From Hypanus sabinus (Eukaryota): 64,000 bases of DNA. Position 1 is the first letter of the stretch. Every line of letters starts with the position of its first letter. A program made the position numbers and the translations under genes. The notes beneath the pieces are model-generated. The model was given only the letters and a program-made list of their open reading frames with translations. It was not told the DNA's origin and did not search any database. Below, piece by piece: positions 24,650 to 37,918 of this stretch. The stretch is taken from NCBI RefSeq assembly GCF_030144855.1, contig NC_082706.1, positions 33,604,001 through 33,668,000 on the forward strand, in the 5' to 3' direction.

Positions 24650-26016
24650 GTTGTAAAAACCTACTGGCATCATTCAAGTCCTTCAGGAAAGGAAATGTAC
24701 TGTTCTTTCCGGATGTGGAATATGTAGGATTCCTGACCCACCAAAGTGGCTGGCTCCAGTCTAACTTCCCTGAGATGGCTGAGTATAGGTCCACTTAAGA
24801 ATGCAGAATAAATGGCAGCCTTGCCAGTACCCTGTGGTTAAATCAATAAATGGTTTGGTAAAGTTGAAGTCATGGAACAACTGACCAATTTATTTATTTT
24901 TTGATAAATCTCATCTCTATGCTCTATGTGATGGAAGCCAACAATACAAGAGTAACTAATGTTATTTTAGTTTCCAGACTCTTCCTTCCATTTCAAACTT
25001 CAGCTGTGTCTGTTGCACCCAAACTGGGCCAGTGTGATGTTGAGGGAATACAACCTTGTCATAATGTCATAGGATGATAAGCCTGGGAAAGCAAGCCTCC
25101 AGCCCATCGTTTCCACACATAACTCAGCTAGTCCCATCTGCCCGCATTTGGCCCTTATCCCTCTATCCCATGTCCCTGCCCAAATGCCTTTTAAATACCG
25201 TAATTAAACAATTAAACGTGCCTCTACCCCTTTCCTCTAGCAATTCTTTCTTCCATACTTGCACTCCCCTCAGTGTGAAAACTTGCCCCTCTGTTCCCCT
25301 TTAAATCTTTCCCCTCTCTCTTCAAGACTATCTCTCCATCTTCGGACCTGGGGAAAAGACTAGGGCTTTTCACGTTTATCTAAAGATGCACCTACTTGTC
25401 AGGTATAAATGAAAGATCCCCTCTAGGAAGGATTGGAAACTTTCCTGAGGCCTGTCTGGCCAACTTTAACCCTCAGTTAGAAAGACAGATAATAATTTTT
25501 TTCTGTTGTTTTGATTGGGCCTTGCTATGCATCGTTTGCAACTGTCATGTGTTGCTGACATAACAGAGATTGCATTTTGAAAACTAATTAACCAGCTTTG
25601 CCCTGAGGGCATGAACAGCAATGTTCAAAATGCATGTTTTCTTTATATTTTCCTCCCATACTGAATTGTTTGAAAAATAATGAGACCTAATTCATTGGGG
25701 AAGCAAGGAAGGGAAAGATAAAAACAAGGCTCATTTGTGGCTGTCACCTTTATCTATGATTGAGTTGGAGAGGGGTTCAGCTGCAATTTTCTCAGCTGGG
25801 TAACTCAAGTAGCCTGTGCAGAAAACAACTTTCGTTTATGTAGCTCTACTGAAATAGCAAAATATCCCAATGCTTCACAGGGACATTATCAGACAAAACT
25901 GACACTTAAGGATTGAGGAGCATTTAAAGCAGGCAGCCAAATACTGGATTATACGGTTAAGTTTCAAGAGGCATCTTAAAGGCTATAAGACCCTTTGACT
26001 TAGGAACAGAATAGGC

Positions 26017-27253
26017 CAGGCATGGGCAAACTACGGCCCGCGGGCCATATGCGGCCCGTTAAGCTTTTTAATCCGGCCCGCAGAACTTGATGAAATTATA
26101 TTAATAAACCTTGTTAACGTTTTTTCCCCGCAATTCTGGCGTTTTCCCAATAGATGACACACTGTATATACATTTGTGGTGACCCATTTCCTGGCACATC
26201 TGAACCGGCTCACAATTAGCCAGCGTTCCGGCTAAGGGAGATAGCCTGCGGGGATCTGCGAGCACAGAGCTTTGGAGCCTCTGCGCCACGGGGGCTTAAA
26301 AGTGAGGCTAGGGATTTCGAATAAAGTTTTTTTCTTCGACTGCAGTTACCGAGTCCATGTCGTAATTTTAGCGCTGCATGTAGCACACCGCTACACATTG
26401 ACCTTTGTTGAGGTGCAGCGTATTACTCCACATTTGCACTTTACTCTTTGTTCGGCTCAACCTATTTGTGTGAACAGGCGTTCAGCGTCATGAACATCAA
26501 CAAAGCCAGCCACAGATCCAAGTTAACTGACCAACACCTCAGATCCATCCTGAGAATCGCCACAACAAAACTAAATCCAGACTTTGATGCGCTCGCTAAA
26601 AAGGGAGACCAACAACACTGTTCCCACTGAAAATAAAAATAAGTTTCTTCGTTGTGTTATGTAAAAAATGCATTTGAAAATATTTTTTTCAATAAGCCTT
26701 ACATGTTACATGTCATTTCTGTTAAGTGATGGACATGAGTAGTGCGCAGGTGCACGTACGTTCTCAAAATAAAAAATGCGCTCCAGATCAAATAACGCGC
26801 TCCGCATACTGGCTGGTCGTTGTTGAGTTTTGGCACAGGGGACAATTGAATAAGAAGGAGCAGGACAAGTAGACCTGCATCTCCTACCGTCTTTGAAATA
26901 AAGACAGTCAGGAGGAGAGGGATGATGATAATATCTTGAAGGATAACAGAATTTTCAGTGCTTTAAAATAATAACTGTTACTATTAAAAAAAGCTGTATT
27001 TTATTCATTTAATTTTCAGTGTTTTAAAAGTCATTTCAATAAATAGCTAAATACCATGGGACTTCAAAGACAGATATTTTGTTGTAATGCATTTGTTCAT
27101 TTTCAATTGAAATTAAAGCACATGTTTTCTACATATCCCATGATATTTTATTTTCTCTTATGAGGTGTATTACCAAAACACTCCGTCCATCTGCTCCTGG
27201 TCAAATTTTAGAACCCTTTGTGGCCCACAAGTCAAAAAGTTTGCCCACCACTG
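26017..27253 (+). mobile_element. Internally deleted hAT (Charlie/SPIN-like) DNA transposon
   Basis: TIRs CAGGCATGGGCAAACT / AGTTTGCCCACCACTG; perfect 8 bp TSD GAATAGGC; transposase C-terminus FGSTYLCEQAFSVMNINK..RSKLTDQHL at 26448-26630. Confidence 0.92.
26175..26395 (+). mobile_element. Gypsy solo LTR, 4 bp TSD CATT, inside the hAT element
   Basis: TGTGGTGACC...CCGCTACA with CATT at 26171-26174 and 26396-26399. Confidence 0.88.
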
Positions 27254-27309
27254 GAATAGGCCATTCAGCCCATTGAGTCTGCTTCACCATTCCAATATGG
27301 CTGATTTAT

Positions 27310-27977
27310 TAGATTAGATTAGATTGTGAGGGCACTCAGTCCTCGTTTATTGTCATTCAGTAATGCATGCATTAAGAAATGAAACAATGTTCCTCCAGTA
27401 TGATATCACAAAAACACAACACAGACCAAGACTAACTTACAAAAACCAAATAATTATAACATATAATGTGTAAAGCAATGCCGTAATTTGATACGGGCAG
27501 AGCATGGACAAGGTAAAAAGTCTCAAAGTCTCTGATAGCCCGTCATCTCACGTAGACGGAAGTAGTAAGAAAAACTCTTCCTGCCATGAACCTCCAGCAC
27601 CGCAAAGCTTCCGGATGCAGCCTCTGGAAGCATCCGACCACAGCCAACTCCGAGTCCGTCCGAAGAATTTCGAGCCTCCGACCAGCCCTCCGACACCGAG
27701 CACCGAGAACCATCTCTGCCGAGCGCTTTGACCTCGGCCCCGGCCGCCAAGCAACAGGCAAAACCGAGGATTCGGGGCCTTCCTCTCCGGAGATTTCTCG
27801 ATCGTACGGTAGCAGTGGCAGCGAAACAGGCATGTCAGAAGTTTCACCAGATGTTCCTCCGTGCTTCTCATGTCCATCCCTCATCAGATCAGGATTGTAC
27901 ACGGCCCCTACTTACAGATAACAGATATTCATTCCTGGAGTGGCCGCGCACGCTGCCATCACGCGGCCATTTTCTTC
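27310..27977 (-). mobile_element. CpG-rich non-autonomous retroposon with LINE-type 3' tail
   Basis: Minus strand starts GGAAGAAAATGGCCGCG and ends AATAAA...(TCTAA)n; it splits a CR1 3' fragment that continues at ~27980-28335. Confidence 0.6.
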
Positions 27978-29599
27978 CTTATCCCTTATTCATTATCCGT
28001 TTCAACTCCATTTTCCTGCCCTCCCCTTTACCTTTGATACCTTTAATAATCATGAAACTATTAACTTCCGTTTAAACGTGCCCAATAACATGGCCTCCAT
28101 AGCCATCTGTGGCAACAAATTCCACAGATTCATCACCCTCTGGCTAAAGATATTCCTCTTCATCTCTGTTCTAAGGGGACGTTCTTCTATTCTGAGATTC
28201 TGTTCTGGGCTCCTCCACTATAGGAAACATCCTCTCAACCTCCGGTCTGTCTAGGCCTTTCAATATTTGATAGATTTCAATGCGCTCCCCCATCATTCTT
28301 CTAAACTCCAGCGAGTACAGGCCTGGAGCCATCAACCCAATGAAAGAGATCAAGATGAAGAGATCTGGGTAAGAGCCTTGGAAGCTAAAGCACCTATCAC
28401 AGTGGATTGATTCAATTTGAGAATAGGTACAGGAACAAGAATTAGTCTTTTATTTTGAGAAAGTTAAAAGGTTTTAGGAGATAGTGATGCTTATTTGCAG
28501 ATTGAGGCCAGTTGAGGTCACAGAGGTAGTTTTAGGGATGGAATGATTACATGGTCTCAAGGTTGCGAAGCATGCAGTTTGAGGCAATTATCAGAGAAGA
28601 ACAGAGTTAAAGTAGGCAAACTGTGGGGGAGCGGAAAGAAAGGAAGCGGGAGAGGAAGCTGATTGCAAAGGTTAAGAAGTAGGTATTCTTCTCGTCACAA
28701 GAGATGGTTACACTAAATGGACAATATCCCTTCCAGGCAAGGTATTAGTTGACCTTGATAAGGCACAAAGCCATTAGAGTTATAGAGAAGCACAGCAGAG
28801 AAAAAGGCCCTTTGGCCCATCTAGTCCATGCCAAAACCAGTTAGACTGCCTACTCCCAACAACTTGCACCAGGACCATAGCCCTCCACGCCCCTGTCCAA
28901 ACTTCTCTTAAACGTCACAACTGAGCTCACATGGACCACTTTTGGTGGCAGCTCGCTCCACACTCTCACGGCCCTCTGAGTGAAGAATTTCCCCTCATGT
29001 TCCCCTCAAACTTCTCAGCTTTCACCCCTTAACCCATGCACTCTGGTTGCAGTGCCTCAGTGGAACAAGCCTGCTTGCATTTACCCTCTTCAAACCCCTC
29101 ATGATTTTGTACACTATTCAGTAGATTTTGTTTTCATAAGGTTTTTAAAAAACATAGAACGTGGGAGTGACAAAAAAAATGACATTAAAATGCTACTTAC
29201 TTTTCTTCTGCCTGGCTTTACAGAGAGCGTAGAGAGAGAGCGTAGAAGAGATTTATCAGGGCAATGTCTGGATTAGAGGAGAGGCTGGGCAAACTTGGGT
29301 TGTTTTCTCTGGAATGGAGGACGCAGAAGGGAGACCTGATGGAGGTTTATAGAATTATGAGAGGCAGACGGTGAAGACAGCGATGTTATTTTCCCCATGG
29401 TCAACCTGTCTATTATTAGAGAGTGTCGTGCATTTAAGGTAAGAGGAAAAAGTTCAAAGGAGATGTGCAGGTCAAGTTTTTATATGCAGAGTGGTGGATG
29501 ACTGGAAGTCACTACCAGCTGTGATAGAGGAGGAAAATACAATAGAAGTATTTGAAGACTCTTAGATAGACACATGGATGTGCAGAAAATGGAAATCCT

Positions 29600-30842
29600 A
29601 CCAGAGCAACAGGTCCACAGCACTTGCCCTCTCACGGGCTCGACATTCAAATCTGAAAATTCTGGAGAGCAAAAATGCATGCATCTGGATGCTATTTATC
29701 AACTTCAGCTCAGAATTCAATACCACCATCCCCTCAAAATTAATCAGTAAGTTCGAAGACCCTGCCCTCAATACCACTTTGCGCCAATTGGTCTCACCGG
29801 CAGATCCCAGTCAGTTCGGATTGGCAACATCTCCTCCACGATCTCCACAAGGCTGTGTGCTTCACCCCCTGTTCTACTCGCTTTACGCTTATGACTGTGT
29901 GGCGAAGCACAGCTCCAATGCCATGTTCAAGTTTGTTGGCGACACCACTGTCGTAGGCCGAATCAGCATACAGGAGGGAGTGGTGCCTTAACAACATCCT
30001 CTTACTCAATGTCAGCGAGACCAAGGAGCTGCTTATTGACTTCAGGAGAAGGAAACTTTAAATTCCTCGGTGTTATTATTATGGAGGACAGGTCCTGCGC
30101 CTAGCACATAAGTGCAATTATAAAGAAAGCACGGCAGCACCTTTACTTCCTTAGGAGTCTGCAAAGATTCAGCATGACATCTAAAACTTTGGCGCACTTC
30201 TATAGATGTGTAGTGGAGGGTATATTGACTCATAGCATCCCAGACTGCTATGGAAACACCAATGCCCTTGAATGGAAAATCATACAAAAAGTAGTGGATA
30301 CAGCCCAGTACATCACAAGTAAAGCCCTTCCCACCATTGAGTACATCTAAATGAAATGCTGTCGTAGGAAAGCAGCATCCATTGTCAGGGTTTCCCACCA
30401 CCCAGAACATGCTCTCTTCTCATTGCTACCATCAGGAAGAAGGTATAGGCCTCAGGACTCACCACCAGGTTTAGGAACAGTTATTACTCCTCAACCATCA
30501 GGTTCTTGAACCAAAGAGAATAACGACACTCAACTTTACTTGCTCCATCATTGAAATATTCCCACAACTTATGGATTCACTTTCAAGGACTCTTCATCTC
30601 ATGTTCTCGAAATTCATTTCTTATTTCTTCTTCTCATTATTATTATTTCTTTCTTTTTGTATTTGCACAATTTGCTGTCTTTTGCACACTGGTTGAACAC
30701 CAAAGTTGGTGCATTCTTTCACTGATTCTGTTATAGTTATTATCTATTGTGGATTTACTGAGTATGCCCACAAGAAAATGAATCTCAGTGTTGTATATGG
30801 TGACATTATGTACTTTGATAATAAATTTACTTTGAACTTTGA
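29600..30842 (+). mobile_element. Rex1/Babar LINE fragment
   Basis: MLFINFSSEFNTTIPSKL, PQGCVLHPLFYSLYAYDC..FKFVGDTTVVG; ACTTTGA tail. Confidence 0.85.
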
Positions 30843-32049
30843 TATCAATGTGTAGGTATAAGGGATTACTCTAGTTAGGCATTCAATTATGAGTTTAATT
30901 AGTTCAGAAAAAAATTCTGGGATGAAGGGCCTGTTCATGTGCTGTACTGTTCGATGTTCTGAATAATATTTTGCAGGTGTTTAGCTATCAGCTGTGGTTT
31001 TAAGCCTCAGAGGTGAACTGAAATTTTTTCCCCTTGTCAATCAGTTCAGAATCAGTCTTAATACAACTGTCTTATATGGCACAAAATTTGCATTAAAAGG
31101 CATAAAAATTACTATAAATTACACAATTAGTAAATTGTGCAAAGTACATTGGGATTGTTCTTGGACCATTCAGAAATCTGATGACAGAAGTGAAGACGGT
31201 GCTCCTCAACCACCGAATGGGAGTCTTCAGGCCCCAGTACCTCTTTGATGCAATGAAATACTTTTTTTATGGAATGGTAATATCTATTGTAACATGACAA
31301 TAATGACAATTAATTTAGGTAGAAGAAAATCAATGCAAAATTAACAAACTATTTTGGCAGGGGTTAAAGGACTCCATTATTTTTATACAAAATATTGCTA
31401 TGGAATCTTTTATGCTGACCTAAAAGAACAGAGCTATATTTAACATCATATCCAGATGAGAGGATCTCTGTCATTCTCTCATTACGTTAGCGGAGCATAT
31501 GAACAATATATACATGAACTTTGAACTTCCATGGTGTGTAATTTGGGAGGGGGTGTTTGGGACTGGCCCCCTTCCCAATAGTTATTAAATATGTGAATAA
31601 TATTTTATATGTTGTATATATTATGCAACTAAAGATCCCCCTTTGAAAGTTTTAATTCCTGTACGGTTAAGTGCATTTTAATGTGTGCCTGAGAGTGAGC
31701 AGTAATTTGTATTTGCACTTTAACTAAGTTCAATTTTCAGATGTTGGAAATCTGCAATGAAACAGAAAGCCTTTGTGACGCCCAGCAAGTCAGGATGGAC
31801 TGTGGAGGGAGGTAACCAGAGTTAATAGTTTAGTTCAATAACCTTTCAGAGAGTTATTTAAATCTTCAACTTTTCATCCTAAGGAGGGCATTTCGACAGT
31901 GCTCAACCTTGCCCTGATTTGATTTGATTTGCTTTTGAAAGGTGTGCAGCAGAAAAAGGACTGTGTGCGTACCAGATATAACAATGCTTGTGATAAGAAG
32001 GACGAATTGAGTGTGTGTGTATGTGTGAGAGAGAGAGTAAGTGAATGAC

Positions 32050-32520
32050 CTGAGGAACTACATTTCCCATTATGCTGGGTGGCTGTGCAGTGCGGCGCAG
32101 CCAATGGGAGCCGGGTGGGGGGAAGGTTTGGGTGCTGACTGCGCCTCTGGGCCTGCAGGGAGCACTGGGACTACATTTCCCGTGAGGCCGAGCGGGCTGT
32201 GCAGAGCATTGCGGCCAATGGGAGCGTGGCGTTTTCGGCGCTGAATGCGCCGCCGGGGCCTTTGTGCGGCAGCGAAAGAAACGGCAATAACAACGGTGAG
32301 CAGTGGCGGCCCGAGCCCCAGCTCCCCGCCTGGCCTTCCCTTCCCTCCGTTCCTTAGCAACGCACAGTCGGTACTGTCCTCCCCGCCCAGCAGCCGAGAA
32401 TGGAGAGTCAGGCAGCTGAGCGAGAGCGGAGCTGAGGTACAGAGCAGTTCCCTTTAAACTGAAAGCGGCCTGGACATCCTGTCCCCCTTTGCTGGACTGA
32501 TTTACTGTGAATCCCCGTCA
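32050..32520 (+). promoter_or_regulatory. NSD3: CpG-island promoter of NSD3
   Basis: CpG-rich; two ACTACATTTCCC (ZNF143/THAP11) sites at 32057 and 32170; two CCAAT boxes at 32101 and 32215; about 10 kb upstream of the NSD3 first coding exon. Confidence 0.8.
32230..32295 (+). other. NSD3: Candidate non-coding exon 1 of NSD3 (start approximate)
   Basis: Donor ACG|GTGAGC at 32295/32296; an alternative donor CAG|GTAGTA at 32563/32564 cannot be excluded. Confidence 0.4.
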
Positions 32521-33925
32521 AGTTGAGCTTCCCTGGGTCTGATTAGAATGGAACAAACTGCAGGTAGTATTTACACTGTCATTTGTCTTCATTATATCTC
32601 TCCTTCCTTTTCACTCTCTCTTCCTCCTCCTCCTCATCATCCACAGAAGCACACTGTACCATAAAATGTTTAATTTTCAGTAAACACTTCACTAGGGTTA
32701 GGATTGTTTTTCTTACAGGGCTGAGGATGGAAATGGGTGGCTACATTGCTGGATTTAAAGGGCCAGTGGCAGCCATATTTGCTGTTACTTCTCTTTTTTT
32801 TGCTAACTGGGGACACAAAATGAAGTTGCAGTTTTATTTCAAAATCCCAATTCCATTTTTGTTCCTGGCAATGAATATTTCCTTTCTCACTCCTGCACTT
32901 CAAAGCATTTAAGATTTCTTCCTTCCTTTTTCTTTTGGATTGCAATTTGATGAGGTGCTGAAAATGTTGCCTGAATTGTCCAAGGAAATATCTATTATGC
33001 CTGTGAGATTATTGAAATAAGTACTTTTGCCTGATGATGCTCTTGCTCTTTTACTTTTTTTGATGTTTATAAATATAGATTTTAAGGGTGATTATAATGG
33101 CAACTGCTGATTTCATTTATAGTATGGTGATGGATGTTTATGCAAAGATTTGCTGGTGCAGTTTATTATATAATTTTGAGCTTGTGTGGCTTTATGTAAT
33201 AAATATATTAAGTATTTCCTTTTGTGCCTGTTTTCTTTTTTTTAAGATGGAACAAAATGGGAGGCCATTTGCAAAGTGTCCATTTGAAAGATTTGTGCAA
33301 ATAGTTGTACAAGCTTGTCCTACCTGCAGATTTTTGGTTTTCATTATGCATTCAATTCTCTTCAGCACATTTTAAAATCTACTTTCAGCATCCCTTCCGC
33401 CTAGGTTCTACGCTACAAAGCTTAAGGAATAATGTTATTTCCCTTCTGGCCACTTAGGTGGTTGTAGTAAATCTGCCTCTGGGCTAACTACCACCCTGCT
33501 GCCAACAGTCACACATGTGCTCAAGCACCTACCTCTATGGTGCAGGGTGAAACTGCTTATCATTATTTACCCTTTCAAAAACCTTTATAGTTAAGGTAAT
33601 TCCAATCAAGGTTTGCAGTTATCCTTTTCTGCTCATGAATACTTAGTGTGCCTAACTGAGCTCCTTCATCCTCAGTATCGTTGTAGTATATCACATTGCA
33701 CACTTTCGAAGGCCTTGCTATTCTGCCCAGAATCAAATACCAAATTCTAGTTGAGACCTGACAAATTATAAGTTTCAACATAGCTTGTCTTTTATTCCAT
33801 GCTGGGCCAGGTAGTTGGCAATCTTTTTAATAAATCACACTTTCTTCTTTGCTGCCAACATATTTGTATCTGTGCACCCACAAATCTTCCAGCTCTCAAC
33901 TTCAAATTTATTAATATGTGTTTTC

Positions 33926-34030
33926 CAGTCCTGATGAAGGATCTTGGTCTGAAACATTGTTTATTCCCCTCCATAGATGCTGCTGGTCTTGCTGCATTTT
34001 GTGCATGTTGCTGTAGATTTCCAGAATCTT
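33926..34030 (+). mobile_element. Penelope-derived short repeat in NSD3 intron 1
   Basis: CAGTC-CTGATGA-AGGATCTTGGTCT-GAAA-CATT followed by the family body. Confidence 0.7.
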
Positions 34031-35044
34031 GTGTGATAATACATTTCTCAGTTTATAATGTATTTTCCTGTCCAAAATGTCTCACTTTACACATTAAATT
34101 TTGTTTACCATGTATCAATGCAAACTGCTTCTGTTTTTCTCACTGCTTCTGAGTTCTGAGTTTCTTATCACCTCAGATTTCATAATTATGCATTGTTTGC
34201 ATATCTGACAAAGAGAACAGTAGTCGTGATGCAGTACATCAATGTGAAAATGAAACAATTCATTGCAACACTTTTATCAGCTTTGCATTCATGCTCCTAT
34301 TAACTCCCCAATTCAGTGGACGCCCATTTCACTAGCATGCCCTGCAAATTCCACATATCAAACCAATTTGAAAGTCCATTTATGCTGTATCAACGCTGAT
34401 TATATTATCAACAAAGCACAAAAATTGGTTTTGTCATCTGTGGTTAGTGTTTAGCAAGCTGACGGTCACTTGATAATTTTTCAAATTATTTTGATGATTT
34501 TTTTTTAAACTTAGTCTATTTTTATCAAATTTCCCCACAGTGAACAAAGGAGCAACAGCTTAAGCTGTTTTCTCTGGTGGGATGGGAGTGTTACACTTTA
34601 TAATCTTTCAGTTCTCTTGCATCACTTTTGCACCCTAAGGAAACTAAAATTAGGGTGGCCTTTATTTCCAGCCTTATTTTTCTCTGTAGCCAAGGATGCA
34701 TCATATTCAGACTAGGTGATTAATGACCTTGAGCACTAGTATCTTTTTGAGTGCCCTCTTTAAATCGGTTATTATGCTCTCTAATTGCTATACTATCTTT
34801 CCCATTTCTCTAACATCAGTAGCAATCTTTTATAAATATTGAAAAGTATTACCTGCCTATAGCAGGGAAGCTTTGACTTTGTTTCTTAATTTTCTGTGCC
34901 CTCTTGTTTATTCTGATACTTTTACTGACTTACTTGGCTCTGAATTGATCCATTGAAGATCTTGTCTTTACAAGAATGATTTGAAGATTTCATGTGAAGA
35001 CACTTATTCGGACAACTTTTCCTTTTCAACTTTTTTTTATTAAG

Positions 35045-35092
35045 AAAAAGTGTGTTTTTAAGGTAATTAAAAAGTGTGTTTTTAAGGTAATT
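35045..35092. repeat. Perfect 24 bp tandem duplication
   Basis: AAAAAGTGTGTTTTTAAGGTAATT x2. Confidence 0.9.
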
Positions 35093-35759
35093 GGCAAGTG
35101 CAAAATTTATCACTTGATTACCATTTGAGATATTGTTTATCCAGGAAGAGCAAGAGCAGTGTGCTGTATTGGTCTTGTACTTGCCAAAACAACTTTAAAT
35201 ACATTAGCCACTTGATGGTTTGCAGATACTACTGGTTGTAATATTTAGTACACAAACACTGTTTTTCAGATGACATTGGAAACTGATGGAAGTCATTTGG
35301 GTTATACATGAGGGATGGGAGTTGGCATAATATAATGCGGAACCTCATCCACCTTTGTATTGAATCCTCTGAAAAATATTAAGAGAGGGGAGCCACGAGC
35401 TCCTTCAACAAATTCTGCATTTTTAATATAATCAGATAGTATTTTGTGTGCAGTGAGCCCTTTAATATTGTGTAACAAAATGTCTCTGTTGAACAGAGAA
35501 GTTAAAAGAATACCTTGAGATTTATAATGTGGTTTTCTGGAGAAGCGCCATTGAACTAGATTGATGTCAAATAGTTAAATTTCTTTTAGAGTGGTTACTG
35601 AAATTGATTAAAGCTTTTTTCAATATTAGCTCGTCTCAGTGGGTACATCCACACTGACAGAGCTTCAAGAAAGTATTTCACCTCCAGTTCAGGGTATCTT
35701 CTGTTTCCTTCATGCCAAAGGAATGAACTTTTATAAGGCAGACTGTGTTTTAGAGGAGA

Positions 35760-36270
35760 GAGTTGTGAGCAATTTTGGGCCCCATAATCTGAGAATGAAT
35801 CTGCTTGTATTAGAGAGAGTCCAGAAGGTTTACAAGAATGATCCTTGGAGAAAAAGGCTGAGCTTATGAGGAGTGTTTGATTGGTCTGGGCATTTGTTGG
35901 AGTTCATAAGAATGAAGGGGGATCTCAGTAAAACCTACCAAATATTGAAAGGTCTTGATAGTGGGTGCGGAGAGGATATTTCTAATAGTGAGAGAGTCTA
36001 GGACCAGAGGGCACAGCCTCAGGATAGAAGGACAGCCTTTAGAACAGAAATGAGGGATTTCTTTAGCCGGGGGTGGTGAATATGTGGAATTCATTGCCAC
36101 AAATGGCCCAGTCACTGTTATATTTAAAGCAGAGGGTGATATGTGCTTGATTAGTAAGGGTGTGCATGATTACAGGGGGAAGGCAAAAGAATAGGATTGA
36201 GAGGGAATCATGATGGCATGGCAGAGCAGACATGATGGGCTGAATGGCCTAATGCTGCTCCTATGTCAAG
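35760..36270 (+). mobile_element. CR1 3' fragment
   Basis: LERVQ, GDL..TYQILKGLD and SRTRGHSLRI motifs, then the CR1 3' UTR. Confidence 0.75.
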
Positions 36271-37918
36271 GTCCTATAGGCATTTTTTGTCCATCCAAGA
36301 TTTGAAAAGTAAAATTCATTTGATCATGATCTTGGTTTAAGAAAAACATGTTGTTGAATATGTCGTACCTTTCAGAACAGAGTACTGCTTCTGATGATTC
36401 CCACAGTTCCAATGTCATCTTTCAGAAACACAGTTTTGATTTTGTTTTAGAAAAAAAGATCCTATTTCATTCCAAGGAGAAGGATGCAGCTGGGGTTTAG
36501 CTCTGTCTGCTTTGTTACTTAAAAATGTTGTGATTTGAATAGGGCAGGTGATGCTGAAAGGATGTGGCTTCATGCTCAGAATCATGTTCTTGGTCTCTAG
36601 TACATAGAGAGGCAATATGAGCAGCTGAGTCATTCGGTGCAGCTCAGCAGTCTAGCAGAAAACATATGAGCAGCTTTTTTTCCACCCTTTTGGGCAAAGA
36701 AAATGTAGCATGTCAGGAAAGTGAGACATCGAAATGAACATTTAATGCTTGTAGAAGATAAACAGTGAAGAAGCATTTTCTTATTTGCCATCAGAGTTAT
36801 TTATTACTATTTCACTCCATGCCTTACAGTATTTCGAACACTTTAATTTCTTTTTCGGGTTCTGTTTTGCACCACAAAAATGCAAGTGCTGCTTACTGAA
36901 ACAGACCATCATATTGCATAATCTGGTGATGTGTCCTTGTAGCTTTCAGCTGTTTGAGATTTTCCATGCTCCGCCCCCCCCCAGTCCCACTTTTTTTTGT
37001 AGTCCAATTTTTTATTTCCCTCCAGAATTCCCTGCCTTCTGTTGAAGTGCCTGATTTCTGTGTAACTATACATTCCAGCAAGTGCTTTGGTGATAAGGCC
37101 TGTAACCCCAAATCCTATTGCTGTGCCACTTTTATCACTTTCACCCAAATGGACTTGGGTTTTGAATAAAAAATAAACTGCAGGAAGAACTCGGTGGATT
37201 GAAAAGCATCTGTGGAAGCAAAGGTTTGGCATTTCCTGAACAAGACTGAGAGGGTAGAGGGGGATAGGCAGTCCCCAGGTTACGTAGGGGATTGCCAGAT
37301 TCTGTTTCTGTCTATAAGCTGTAAGTCAGAAATGCCCAGTTTACATAGCTGCCACATAGTACATTGATGTAATTTCTCATTTCATTCAATAATCATGCTA
37401 ACACTACCCATAACGAAATTAATGAACCACATACTTTATCCAGTCATTCATGAATAACATGAAATATTTAATTATTGTTTTAAAAATGTACAGGAGAATT
37501 TATGTAAAATTAGATTTCTCTAGGTCAGACAATTCATTACTCTTGAGAGTGCTTGTATAGAAGCGAGCACATACTTGTTTCTCCAGACTTGATTTACTCC
37601 CAATAGAAGTTACGTAAAATATAATTCCTCAAAAACTTGAATTAATGGGGTGAAAAGAAATGTAGTAGTACTTTGTGTTGATTTGACTGTTGAGTCCTCA
37701 GTTGATGTCTGGGGATTAATATTACACTGGTGTATTAACCCATCAAGTTTCTTTGAATGCTTGAGGTGCCGAAGTAAGATCTATAAGGAGTTCTGTATAT
37801 GTGACCATATGAAATCGTGGTTTGTTTGAAACTCATTAAATGTAAAGTAAAATGAACTGTTTAGATTTTTTAGAAAATATTGCTCATGCAGTACTTTGCA
37901 TGATTGTTGAGAAGTTAT

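Noticed and set aside
26448-26630. GTF2IRD2/ZBED-like domesticated gene exon
   Set aside because: Lies between TIRs and a TSD of a deleted hAT element.
27504-28075. Cluster of overlapping ORFs
   Set aside because: GC-rich repeat interior with no domain motifs.
37265-37557. Possible Tigger-like MITE
   Set aside because: The left end looks right but the right TIR is too degenerate to support a call.
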